64,000 nt of DNA from Octopus bimaculoides (Eukaryota): assembly GCF_001194135.2 (NCBI RefSeq), contig NC_069006.1:16601763-16665762 (forward strand), in the 5' to 3' direction. Below, one piece after another: positions 51,651 through 63,329 of this stretch; position 1 is the stretch's first letter; every line of letters begins with the position of its first letter. The notes below the pieces were generated by a model. It searched no databases. It had not been told where the DNA came from and worked only from the letters and a program-made list of their open reading frames with translations. The position numbers and the translations under genes were made by a program.

Positions 51651-51795
51651 CTTTAACAGCTCCTGCAGTTTCAAGATGGTAAATGGCTGCCAATACATAG
51701 AATACTGCCTTCATTTCCTCAGGTGAAAATCCCAGAACTTCCATAGCATTGGTTACTTTGGCCCAAGACTGTGCTGCTTTTTGTCTGTCTTCAGT
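51651..51795 (-). CDS. MYO18A: Myosin XVIII exon: TEDRQKAAQSWAKVTNAMEVLGFSPEEMKAVFYVLAAIYHLETAGAVK
   Basis: ttattacag| acceptor, AAG|gtatgt donor, 145 nt, phase 0-1; LAAIYHL motif typical of MYO18. Confidence 0.95.
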
Positions 51796-52029
51796 CTGTA
51801 ATAAATAAGACATTTGAGTGGACACTCAAGAGGGACATAAAATAAATAGAGGTATGGAGTGAAAGACTTGTTGGTGTAAAGTGGAAGGTTTGATGATGTG
51901 GAGTACTACGAGGGATGTTCATTAAAGATTTCCCCTGACCCACTTCCCAAGGACTGGAATAAATGAAACTTGGCATAATTATTAGTCCTTCTCTACATAG
52001 CCACCACCAATGGTGACACACTTCTCCTA

Positions 52030-53060
52030 TCGCTTTATGCAGTTGTGAAGACTTCGTCTGTAGAAGTCAGTAGGTTGTGTCTGGAGTCAAGACTTTACCT
52101 CGGAAATAAGTTCATCATCATCCAAAAATTGCTTCTCCTTAAAAAGAAAAAAAAACTTCATGGTAGGAAAGAGATGGAAATCAGATGTTGCGAGGTCAGG
52201 AAGGATTTCATAGCCACAGGAGTGTGCTTTCATCTGGGCAACAGGTGTATTGTGAAATGGGGAGTTGCCTTGGAGGCAAACTCCTTTGGTCAGTATGCCA
52301 TGCCTCTCTGCTTTGATGGCACCCACAATTTCTGCAGTAGAGAAGCATAATATGCCCCATTATGATGCCCTTTGCCAGAAAATCCATCATCACTACTCTG
52401 CGCTGGTCTCAAAAGATTGTGAGCATCACTTTGCCTGCTGAGAGTTGGACACAAGCCTTCTTTGGAGGTGGTGAGTTATCATGCTTCCATTGTTTCGACT
52501 GGACTTTAGTCTCAGGATCATAGTGGTGGACCCATGTTTCCTCCTGTGTGATAAGTCTGCCGAAAAAGTCCTCTTTGTTTTCTTGGCACATTGCCAAAAG
52601 AGCCTGGGTGCAATTGACTCATTTCTGCTTCTGAAAAGGTGTAAACATCTGGGAATCCATTGTGCAGACAACTTCTGCATGTGCAAATGGTTGTGAATGA
52701 TTTTTTTTCTATAGACCCTATACTTGTCTTCACTTCTTGGGCTAGTTGCTGAATAGTTATGTGGCGATCCTCAAAAATGACAACTTCCATGTTATAGATG
52801 GTGTCGTCATTAATGGCAAAATGTGGTCACCCAGGAATAGGAGCAGTTTCTACTGATGTCTAACTTCATTTGAAATGGTAATGCCAGTGCTTGACTACAT
52901 CTTATGATGGTGCATCGTCATCATAAACTTCTTTCATCTCATCGAAAGTTTCTTTTGGTGTACGACCTTTCAAGTATAAGAACCTGATCACTGATCTGCA
53001 TTCAATTGCCTCCAGTATAACACCTTAGTCCACTTCAGCAGCCGTAAAAGACAAATGAAT
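52030..53060 (-). mobile_element. Mariner transposase pseudogene
   Basis: EDRHITIQQLA, KLSAQWIPR, ITQEETWVHHYDPETK.QSKQW, SAGKVMLTIF, DLATSDFHLFP motifs across frameshifts. Confidence 0.9.
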
Positions 53061-53269
53061 ACTAGTAGAAAGCTGAAATTTACAATGTGACATGTAGAGA
53101 CATATATGATTACACCTGTATAACTTCTGTTTCCTTCAACGACCAGAAGTGAGTCAGGGGAAATCTTTAATGAACACCCTTTGCATGTTAGGTAGTATGA
53201 AAGGGGACATTTGATGTGATGTAGATGGAGAGGCATGTTTCATAATGTGCCAGGTTTGCTGGAACAAAG

Positions 53270-53578
53270 TGCAATGTTTGATGGCATGGAGTGCAATGTT
53301 TGATGGTATGGAGAGCAATGTTTGATAGCGTGAAGTGCAATGTTTGATGGTATGGAGAGCAATGTTTGATAGCGTGAAGTGCAATGCTTGGTGGTGAGGA
53401 GTTTGATGCTCGATAGTGTGGAGTGCAATGTATGGCAGTACAGAGTGTAGTGTTTGGCAGTGTGTAGTGCAATGTTTGATGGTATGGAGAGAAATGTTTG
53501 ATAGTGTGTAGTGCAATGTTTGGTGATATAGAATGGAGTATTTAGTGGTGTGAGGTGGAATGTTTGAGGTAGTGTAGA
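53270..53578. repeat. Degenerate 22-bp minisatellite (gcaatgtttgatggtatggaga), about 14 copies
   Basis: Direct inspection; alternating A/B units at the left end. Confidence 0.85.
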
Positions 53579-55832
53579 ACAACTTGTGGTTCAAAACTTC
53601 ATCACACTCCAAACATCAGTTTTACTGGACAAGTCACTTTATTCTACATGATTCAGTTCACCTAACTTTGAAAAAAAGTCACCCATAGCAAATCTAGACA
53701 TAGGAGGTAGATTTACCACCAAGTTAAATACAACAGTAACCAGAGGTAGAGAATAACTTAATAAAGTCCTGTGATTCACAACAATATCATTAGTAACTAC
53801 AGATTACATCAATTTCCACCCTCATCCATACACACTCTAAACCAGACCCACCCTACTACATTTTCTATCTCAATTCATTGTCATTCCAGAGAATCCACCA
53901 AAAAGCTTGTCTTCTTAAATTTACTTCTTCCCCCCAAATTTATCTCTAATTATAAACTTGAACAAAAATAAACTGAAATAGTATCAACAGCCACACCCAA
54001 CATTTAAGGCCTTTAATTCCAGGCAGACCATCAGAAATTAAACAGTCATAAGTGCTCCTCTCTAGAATAATTCAACCACAGAAAATTAATTTATTCTTGA
54101 TTAATGGGAAAAAAAGTATAATTTCAGGTGTAGTGGGAGGAGTGGTGATTAGAAAATGCAACATTAAGACTCATTACATCTTACTTTACACATCCATGCA
54201 GAAACACAAGCACCATTACACACACACACACACACCAATAAACACACAGTACAAACATTCTTTCATATACATACACAGTACAAACATTTCCCCCCACCCA
54301 CCCCCACCTGGAACACACAAATACTCACACAGAAAATATTCCTCCTCACATACATTCTTCTTCACACAAACACACAATACCACATGCACAAACACAGACA
54401 TATAGCCATACAATATAGATATTATCCTCCATACATATATCCACACAGTACAAACAAGTAAATGTTGACTTTTTCATTACTACATTTCTAATTAAACACA
54501 CGACTTATAGGCATTGCAGCTAATTTTGAAAGTAACCAAAACTTGTTATTAAAGTTGATGTTTGGAAGGTATTTTTAAATTAACGATGATAACGGGCTTT
54601 AAATATACATGCAACTTTACAGATATCATCAATTAGAAAACTTTATTTCTCAAGACCCAAAAATGGTTTTATTTTGCTTTACCAAGTTTCTTTTGTAGGT
54701 CCAATCTACATTATGAATACTTCAAAATGAGAGGTTTTACATCATAGAACCAGTGACTATAAGCATATTGCAATTGAAAGGACTTTAAATACTGTTTCTA
54801 ACAAAGGAACAAGGCCTCAAATTTTGAGGATAGGCATAACTAAGAAAGGTGACCCCAGAATTAGAGCCAAATTAATTAACTTTGGCAGGATTTGAATGCA
54901 GAATGTAAAGGGATATCACTGAATACCAGAAAGCATATGCTTCACGGCCACAAAACTTGGGGCAGGCTATCTATGATTAACTTGACTGGTATTTAATTTA
55001 AAACCTTGAAAGGATGGCTAACAACATTAACCTGGCTGGGATTTGAACCATAACTTTAAAATTTAATACAAGGCCATGAATTTTAAAGAGATGAAGTTAA
55101 TGAAATCAACCTCAGCATATCACTGGTAACACTTTCAATCTTAGAGAGATGAAATACAAAGTCAGGCACAGAGGGATTTGGACTTAGAATGTAAAGAGAT
55201 GAAACTGAATAGTTGAATGGTATTCAATCTGATACAAAGAAAGAAATGACTGAGACATCATCCAAATGATGAACAACAGTTAAGTCAGTGTTAATATGTT
55301 TAATGCGTTAAGCATTAAAAAGCTAACTAAATAGATTACCAATGTAGTGAAGTAAATATCAATATTAGTCAATGAATAATATTATCATAATGTCTTTCCA
55401 TATGAGAGGCAACTCAGGGCATATCTCAGTCTTATGACATCATCAGTGAAATACAGACTCCACAGTTCTTGTTAAAGTGGTAATAAAGGAACGAATCACT
55501 ATACAGATGTACAAGATTGTGCCATTGACTGACATAAGAAAATACGAATATTTTGAGAATAACTCTGAGACTCCATCTGCATACAAAAACAAGAGTTAAG
55601 ATATTTAATGAAGAGAGCAGTTAAGATATGTAATAAAGGGAGCAGCAATATAGTACATGGGGCTGAGCATTCCATAGACACATATACCTTACATATAATC
55701 CTCAGGTAGACTGAAAGTGACACTGTGTATGACAAGGCAAGACATGTGAATTACAGTTGTCTATCTAATTACACACCTAATGCAGTCAGCTTGGATATGT
55801 TTCACTGAAGCTAACCACTCATGACTTACTGC

Positions 55833-55871
<39 letters not shown>

Positions 55872-55879
55872 GTACTTAC

Positions 55880-55940
55880 TCTTTGAAGAGGTGTCATGTA
55901 TGTATTCTGCTCATTCAGAGTGTTCAGCTGCAATTCATTC
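55880..55940 (-). CDS. MYO18A: Myosin XVIII small exon: (R)NELQLNTLNEQNTYMTPLQR
   Basis: ttttcctttacag| acceptor, AGA|gtaagt donor, 61 nt, phase 2-0, bridges both neighbours in frame; too short for the ORF track. Confidence 0.88.
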
Positions 55941-56419
55941 CTGTAAAGGAAAAAAAAATTATAAAGATATAAAGCACAGGCATGGTTGAGTGGTTAAGAC
56001 GTTTGCTTCCCAACCACATGGTACTAGGTTCAGTCCTACTGCATGACACATTGGGCAAGTTTCTTCTGCTATCGCCTTGTAAGTGGATTTGATATGCACA
56101 CACAAAGTGTATCCTAGTTTTAGAACAAGTTCACCTTGTTCTGCATATCATAAAAGGGTTGACAACAGGAAGGGCATCTAACCATAAAACACTACCTCAG
56201 TAATCCTATCCAGCTCATACCTACATGGAAACCAGGCATAAGATAACAAAGGTGATTTTACATATCTACATATAGTTATGAAGCAGATGATTCAGAAATT
56301 TTCAACACCTGTGAATCTTCAGGCAACGAAAAGATAATTGAAGAAACCTAGTTTGTGATTTACAGAACCACAGCAGCAGGAGTGGGGAAGAGAGTGGGCA
56401 AATGGTCCTATTTTCCTCA

Positions 56420-56725
56420 TCATCATCATCATCGTCGTCGTTTAACGTCCGCTTTCCATGATAGCATGGGTTGGACGATTTGACTGAGGACTGGTGAAAC
56501 CAGATGGCTACACCAGGCTCCAATCTGATCTGGCAAAGTTTCTACAGCTGGATGCCCTTCCTAACGTCAACCACTCAGAGAGTGCAGAGGGTGCTTTTAC
56601 GTGCCACCGGCACGAAGGCCAGTCAGGTGGTACGGGCAACGGCCACGCTCAAAATGGTGTATTTTATGTGCCACCCGCACAAGAGCCAGTCTAGGGGCAC
56701 TGGCAATGATCTCGCTCGAAAGTCC
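56420..56725 (-). mobile_element. RTE-family tail copy
   Basis: Reverse complement of the 18540-18830 tail with a (CAT)n start. Confidence 0.85.
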
Positions 56726-56842
56726 TTACACATGCCGCAGTCACTGTATATGTATCTGTGTGTATATATACAAAGAGATATAATATATTATATGCCTGCA
56801 TATAATTTTTTCCATCCTTTCATTGTTCTCTTATATTTTTAA

Positions 56843-56930
56843 GTACTAACTTCAGCAATACATACAGAAAATATTAGCATGACCCCTGCACAAGGATCAC
56901 CTGCAAATTCGTGAAGTGTCCCATGTTTTT
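56843..56930 (+). pseudogene. U6 snRNA pseudogene with an internal deletion of about 19 nt
   Basis: gtactaacttcagcaatacatacagaaaatattagcatgacccctgcacaaggatcacctgcaaattcgtgaagtgtcccatgttttt is colinear with the U6 5' stem-loop, the ACAGAGA box (mutated to ACAGAAA), AGC, the ISL and the 3' T-run. Confidence 0.88.
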
Positions 56931-56937
56931 CATTCAT

Positions 56938-57345
56938 AGGTGCAGGTGTGGCTGTGTGGTAAGAAGCTTGCTTGCCAACTACATGGTTCCAGGTTCAGTT
57001 TCATTGTGTCGCAGCTTGGGCAAGTGTTTTCTACTGTAGCCTCAGGCTGACCAAAGCCTTGTGAGTGGATTTGGTAGAGGGAAAGTGAAAAAAGCCTGTA
57101 GCATATGTGTGTGTGTTATTTCTTTCCTACCCACAAGGGGCTACACACAGAGGGGACAAACAAGGACAGACAAACGGATTAAGTCGATTATATCGACCCC
57201 AGTGCGTAACTGGTACTTATTTAATCGACCCCGAAAGGATGAAAGGCAAAGTCGACCTCGGCGGAATTTGAACTCAGAACGTAGTGGCAGACGAAATACC
57301 GCTAAGCATTTCGCCCGGTGTGCTAACGTCTCTGCCAGCTCGCCG

Positions 57346-57392
<47 letters not shown>

Positions 57393-57600
57393 TGTGTTTG
57401 TCCCCCCACACTACCACATCACTGCCTGATAACCAGTGTTGGTGTGCTTATGTGCCCATAACCTAGTAGTTTGGCAAAAGAGACTGATAAAATAAGTACT
57501 GGGTTTTTAAAAAAAGTCCTGGAGTCAATTTGTACAGTTAAAACCCTTCAAGGCCAACATGGCCACAGTCAAATGACTGAAACCAGTAAAAGATGAAGAA
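56938..57600 (+). mobile_element. SINE family A interrupted by a nested SINE family B (57116-57346, minus)
   Basis: A head 56938-57110, B element inside the (GT)n core, A tail 57390-57600. Confidence 0.85.
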
Positions 57601-57695
57601 ATAGATATTTTGTTAAAAATTTCTTCACAAGGAATCATTGGGAAAAATTTTCTTTACTTTAGGTGAGAACCACAGAGAACACATAAACAACATAC

Positions 57696-57796
57696 CTTAA
57701 CACAGAGTCAACTCCAGCCAACATTTGGTAAAAGACATGGAAAGTTGGCTCTCCTTCTGGTCGCCTTACCAGACGTGATTTCTCCAGCATTATAAT
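57696..57796 (-). CDS. MYO18A: Myosin XVIII exon: [33 protein letters not shown](R)
   Basis: tttcag| acceptor, AAG|gtatgt donor, 101 nt, phase 0-2; LEKSR...FHVFYQML myosin motif. Confidence 0.95.
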
Positions 57797-58269
57797 CTGA
57801 AACAGTAGAAAACAAGAAAATGTTAGAGACAGGTAGTGAAGGAGGAAATACAGGAAAGAATATGAATTAATATATTGCAGTAGTTCCATGTGGGTGTATG
57901 TACATAGGTAGGTAGGTTCATACATAACATATCAAGGACTATCATCATTACTTTCACCTATTACTTGATAAGCCCCACTTACAACAGAGCTTATAAGTCC
58001 AGGATAAGAGGTGCCGACCATCAAAGATATCATCATGAAGGGGGAGTGGGTGTCATCATTGAATTTCAACACACATCTAAAAGAAAGAAGTGACAAGAAT
58101 AGAGAAAGCATGGCTTGGTAGTTAGGCTGTTGTACTCATGATTGCAAGATCATGGTTTCGATTCCTGGACCAGGTGGTGCATTGTATTCTTGAGCAAAAC
58201 ACTTCATTTCACCTTGCTCCAGTCTACTTAGCTGTAAATGAGGAACCCTGCAATGAACTGGCATCCATT

Positions 58270-58572
58270 CATCATCATCATCATCATCATCGTTTAACGT
58301 CCGCTTTCCATGCTAGCATGGGTTGGATGATTTGACTGAGGACTGGTGAAACCAGATGGCTACACCAGGCTCCAATCTAATTTGGCAGAGTTTCTACAGC
58401 TGGATGCCCTTCCTAACACCAACCACTCTGAGAGTGTAGTGGGTACTTTTACATGCCACCGGCATGAAGGCCAGTCAGGTGGTACGGGCAACGGCCAGGC
58501 TCAAAATGGTGTATTTTATGTGCCACCCGCACAAGAGCCAGTCCAGGGGCACTGGCAACGATCTCGCTCGAA
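58270..58572 (-). mobile_element. RTE-family tail copy, highly similar to 56420-56725
   Basis: Same sequence and orientation, flanking the 57696-57796 exon on the other side. Confidence 0.85.
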
Positions 58573-58774
58573 ACTCCTTACAGATGCCACGGGCACAAGT
58601 GCCAGAAGGTGCTTAATTGTGATCTCAGTTACTTATACAACATAGAAATTGACTAACCAGCCTTAGGATTCCTACAACTCAACACAGTTATGCTCAGGAC
58701 ACTTACTTATTAAAGCTGTGCTGTAGTATGTATGCATTCTAATGACTAAAAGAGAAAATGCCCAAACATCTTAC

Positions 58775-58917
58775 CTGGATTGTTATACCAGACACCTGTC
58801 CCGAAAAGTCAAAGTCTAAGGTGGTCAGCTTGGAAAACCTAGAAGCATTGGTATTGAGAATTGTGCGACTATTGCCAAATGTTTCCAATAGGACATCCAT
58901 GGAGTTTACTTTATCAA
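58775..58917 (-). CDS. MYO18A: Myosin XVIII exon (switch I): IDKVNSMDVLLETFGNSRTILNTNASRFSKLTTLDFDFSGQVSGITIQ
   Basis: tttcag| acceptor, CAG|gtaaga donor, 143 nt, phase 1-0; LETFGN...NASRF motif. Confidence 0.95.
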
Positions 58918-59023
58918 CTGAAACAAAGCACAAAACAAAATATATACTTCAATTTTTATTTCTGAACAAAGTCACAAGGTCAGAAACATTTGTAGAAAAA
59001 GAAAGAGGTATGGTCCATTACGT

Positions 59024-59415
59024 GGAGGCGCAATGGCCCAGTGGTTAGGGCAGCGGACTCGCGGTCATAGGATCGCGGTTTTGATTCCAAGACCAGGCGT
59101 TGTGAGTGTTTATTGAGCGAAAACACCAAAAAGCTCCACGAGGCTCCAGCAGGGGATGGTGGCGAACCCTACTGTACTCTTCCACCACAACTTTCTCTCA
59201 CTCTTACTTCCTGTTTCTGTTGTGCCTGTAATTCAAAGGATCAGCCTTGCCACACACTGTGTCACGCTGAATATCCCCGAGAACTACGTTAAGGGTACTC
59301 GTGTCTGTGGAGTGCTCAGCCACTTGCATGTTAATTTCACGAGCAGGCTGTTCCGCTGATCGGATCAACTGGAACCCTCGACGTCCTAAGCGACGGAGTG
59401 CCAACAACAACAACA
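59024..59415 (+). mobile_element. tRNA-derived SINE family C with (CAA)n tail
   Basis: A box tggcccagtgg and B-box-like ggttttgattcc; homologous to 10038-10396. Confidence 0.85.
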
Positions 59416-59764
59416 AATGGTTCATTACAGATATCAGTACATAGCTGGTACTTTATTTTATCACCCTTGGAAGGACAAAGTTGATTATTTTTCTACCTCC
59501 ACCACAACCATTTCTAACCTCTCTTTTAAAATGTGATTGTCATGTAGCTCCTCTACAAGAGGTCTGTTCTACTTATAGTAGAAAGAATTATTATTATCAT
59601 TTCTAATTTTGGCACAAGGCCAGAAATTCTGAGAGGAGAGTAAGTTGAATACATTGCCCCCACTATTTGTCTTTTACTTTTATGAATTCCGGAGGGATAA
59701 AAGACAAAGTTGACATTGGCAAGATTTGAAGGTAATGAGTTGGAAGAAATGCCACTAGGCATAT

Positions 59765-60457
59765 TCTTTTACTCTTTTACTTGTTTCAGTCATTTGACTG
59801 CAGCCATGCTGGAGCACCGCCTTTAGTCGAGCAAATCGACCCCAGGACTTATTCTTTGTAAGCCTTGTACTTATTCTATCGGTCTCTTTTGCCGAACCGC
59901 TAAGTTACGGGAACATAAACACACCACCATCGGTTGTCAAGCAATGGNNNNNNNNNNNNNNNNNNNNNNNNNNNNNNNNNNNNNNNNNNNNNNNNNNNNN
60001 NNNNNNNNNNNNNNNNNNNNNNNNNNNNNNNNNNNNNNNNNNNNNNNNNNNNNNNNNNNNNNNNNNNNNNNNNNNNNNNNNNNNNNNNNNNNNNNNNNNN
60101 NNNNNNNNNNNNNNNNNNNNNNNNNNNNNNNNNNNNNNNNNNNNNNNNNNNNNNNNNNNNNNNNNNNNNNNNNNNNNNNNNNNNNNNNNNNNNNNNNNNN
60201 NNNNNNNNNNNNNNNNNNNNNNNNNNNNNNNNNNNNNNNNNNNNGGGGGGGGGGGGACAAACATATACACACACATACATATATATACATATATACGACG
60301 GGCTTCTTTCAGTTTCCGTCTACCAAATCCACTCACAAGGCTTTGGTCGGCCCGAGGCTATAGTAGAAGATACTTGCCCAAGGTGTCACGCAGTGGGAAT
60401 GCACCCGGAACCATGTGGTTGGTAAGCAAGCTACTTACCACACAGCCACTCCTGCGC
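59765..60457 (-). mobile_element. SINE family A, full length (gap inside)
   Basis: Reverse complement of the family consensus. Confidence 0.88.
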
Positions 60458-61461
60458 TAACAATTTTGCCAGCTCTCCACCTAAATATTAATAATTCTTT
60501 CTGATTTTGGCACAAGGCAAGTCAATTATACTGGCCTCAGTACGTGACTGATACTTCACTTTATTAGTCCCAAAAGTGTGAAAGACAAAGTTGACCTCAG
60601 TAGTATTTGAACTCAGAACACAGACCTAGATGAAAAGGGACTAAGCATTTTATATGACCCTTAAAGATGAAAGGCAAAGTTGACCTCAATGGGATTTGAA
60701 TTCAGAATGTTAAGTGATAGCACCAATGCTGAAAGGTATTTTTTTTCCACACTCTAACGTTTCTAGGACAACACCAAACCATAAACCCCCTTCAATATGA
60801 TGCATTGTTAGACTAAAAAAACACAACTGTTTGACCCAAATATATATTTATTGGGTATATGCAGTCAAAAGAGGGAACACACCAACTGTCTTACATTAAA
60901 AATGTACACCCACACATATATAGTCATTATTACTATTTTACATACACAGTCTAATTAAAACAGTGACACAACACAAAATAGGCTTCTGCTGTATGTGTGT
61001 GTCTGTATGTGTGTGTGTATGTGTATGTGTTTGTATACAGACACACACACACACACACACACACATACAAACATACAAACATAAATACAAACACACAAAC
61101 TCATAGACATGGCAAGAAAAAGGCACCGACATACAGAGAAACAGATAGATAGAAATATTCAAACAATTTGAAGCCAAGTGTGAATACATCCATTGTTCAC
61201 TGTGATGTCCAGGTCAGCCTCACGGTGAAGGTGGGGGGGACAGTGTTAGAAAGGAATCCTATCATAACAAAAGACTTTTTTTTTTTGCATGATTAATGTG
61301 ACACTGTGTCTACCAAACCCTAATTTTATTTTAAGAATGCAATCAGAGCAGAAATTTTGTATTAAGGGCAAATCCAAGTTTGAAACCCTTGTGAATCTAG
61401 AAAAATTGTGGGGCTAGATTTATTACAACAATAACATCACCAAAGTGGGGAGCCTCTAAAT

Positions 61462-61786
61462 CAGGGATTCTCAACCATTTTTCATCTACGGACCCCTTTG
61501 ATTGCTATTTTATTCTGGTGGATCCCCATAGTCAATGCTTAAAAACTAGTTTTATAGAAACTTCTTTCAAAATTCCTGTTTTGTTTTTCACATATTCACT
61601 TTTGTAGGTTGAACTATGTAAAATGGTAGAGAAAGAAACCCAGCTGTTTCTTGCAATACATACCAATACATACATCTAAAGCAGGGCTCCAGAAAATACT
61701 ATTGTAAACCCCAATTTGTTGCATGATCACCTGAAAATCTTGTAAGGACCCTCAGGGGCCATATGGACCCCAGTTGAGAACCACTG
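61462..61786. mobile_element. hAT-superfamily MITE, 325 bp
   Basis: TIRs cagggattctcaac / gttgagaaccactg and a perfect 8-bp TSD ctctaaat (61454-61461, 61787-61794). Confidence 0.9.
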
Positions 61787-62207
61787 CTCTAAATGATGGA
61801 GAAGCATGTTAGAAATAGCAGCAAAATGTACCTCAAAGCACACAGAACTGCATTTGAAAATGAAAACAGGAGACACTGAATACAGAATGTCATGAATAAA
61901 AGATGTAAAGGAAGGTCAGTCTTATCATAGCCACAAAAGGAACCTCTTCAATCATCAATCATAAATCTGCTGGATCAGTTCATTAAATGATTTTCAGAGA
62001 AAAATCACCCACAGCCAATCACAGACAGATCAACATACCCCGACACAATATCTAATGTGTTGGCACACACCTATACAAACAACCACAGAGCATCCAACAC
62101 ACACACACACACCAATCAACAAATACACTGCACCCCTCTCTCCCCCATGCCCATTAACATGAAATTCCACTGTGTGCCAGTCTGTCAACAAACAAAATTT
62201 TACTTAC

Positions 62208-62418
62208 TTGTGATAAAATTATTGACACTGCCCGATGCCAGGACAAAATACTGCAGAATGTGGTGGGCATTTGTAGTTTTGCCACTGCCACTACGGCCAA
62301 TCAGGACGATAGACTGGTCAAGACGGCTACTCAGCATTTCACGGTGAGCATGCTGGGCCACTGAATAGATATGAGGGGGCATGTCTTCCTGTTTACAACC
62401 TTTAAACATCTGGATAAC
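62208..62418 (-). CDS. MYO18A: Myosin XVIII motor exon (P-loop): VIQMFKGCKQEDMPPHIYSVAQ...LIGRSGSGKTTNAHHILQYF...NFIT
   Basis: tttctccag|GTTATC acceptor, ACAA|gtaagt donor, 211 nt, phase 0-1; myosin PPHIY motif and GxSGxGKT P-loop. Confidence 0.95.
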
Positions 62419-63329
62419 CTGGAGAAAAATGAAAATTGTAAGCATTTGGAGAAGATGATCATGATGGTAGTGGCATCAATGATGACAGGAATGATGGTCG
62501 TGGGTGGTGATGACAGAAAAAGAACGGCATAATAATAATTTCTGTCAATTTTGATGGTAAACATTTAGTTTAGCAAAGCAGCTAAACATTTCACAGACAT
62601 GTTTTACCTGAACCCTTTTGATGCCAATCCACTTAAGACCACCTCTGGTTCCACAATACAAACTTTATTTTTAAAAGTGACTTAAATTAAACCCATCAAT
62701 ATTTCAAATTAATTTATGTTCCAAACATTAGTTTAATAATGACAAAGTTATTTAACATTTTTTGTAATAAACAGATACACTGGTTCAATTTCACTCCTTT
62801 ATTGTTAGTCAGTTGGTTAGTTGCCTAACCAGCTAACTACTTGGCCATTTGTTTAATTTGTTGGTTAACCCATAAACTGCTGGGATTTTGCTGTATGTAA
62901 CACGAACTGCTGAGCCTATTTTGGGTAAAGATCAACATCGATCTATCACTCGAAAAAACTACTCAGTGTTTCTTAACACCTTCTGTGATTGGCTACACTG
63001 TTTCTGGGGTGAAAGGGTATCGTGTGCATACATTATACGTCATCAAAATTAGGTCAGATCATGCCCTACTTCCGTGGCCACGCACGTGGCTTGTCGCACT
63101 GTTGCGTTGGCCACTGAGGTGGCCTATCGCAGTTTATGGATTAAACAATCAATCAACTGTTTGTAAATGTCTTTTCATCACTATTCATGACCTCTTCATT
63201 GACATGTCCTCTCTCCTCCAGGTTTGCTCCAAGTCTGTCTGAGAATTAGTAATATGCCTATGTACCTGTAGGGATATAGAGGTGTGATCACTTACTAACC
63301 TGATTAAGTATATGGGTGACAAAAGCATA

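Noticed and set aside
59024-59100. tRNA-like sequences (also at SINE A and B heads)
   Set aside because: A/B boxes run directly into multicopy SINE bodies; these are not tRNA genes.
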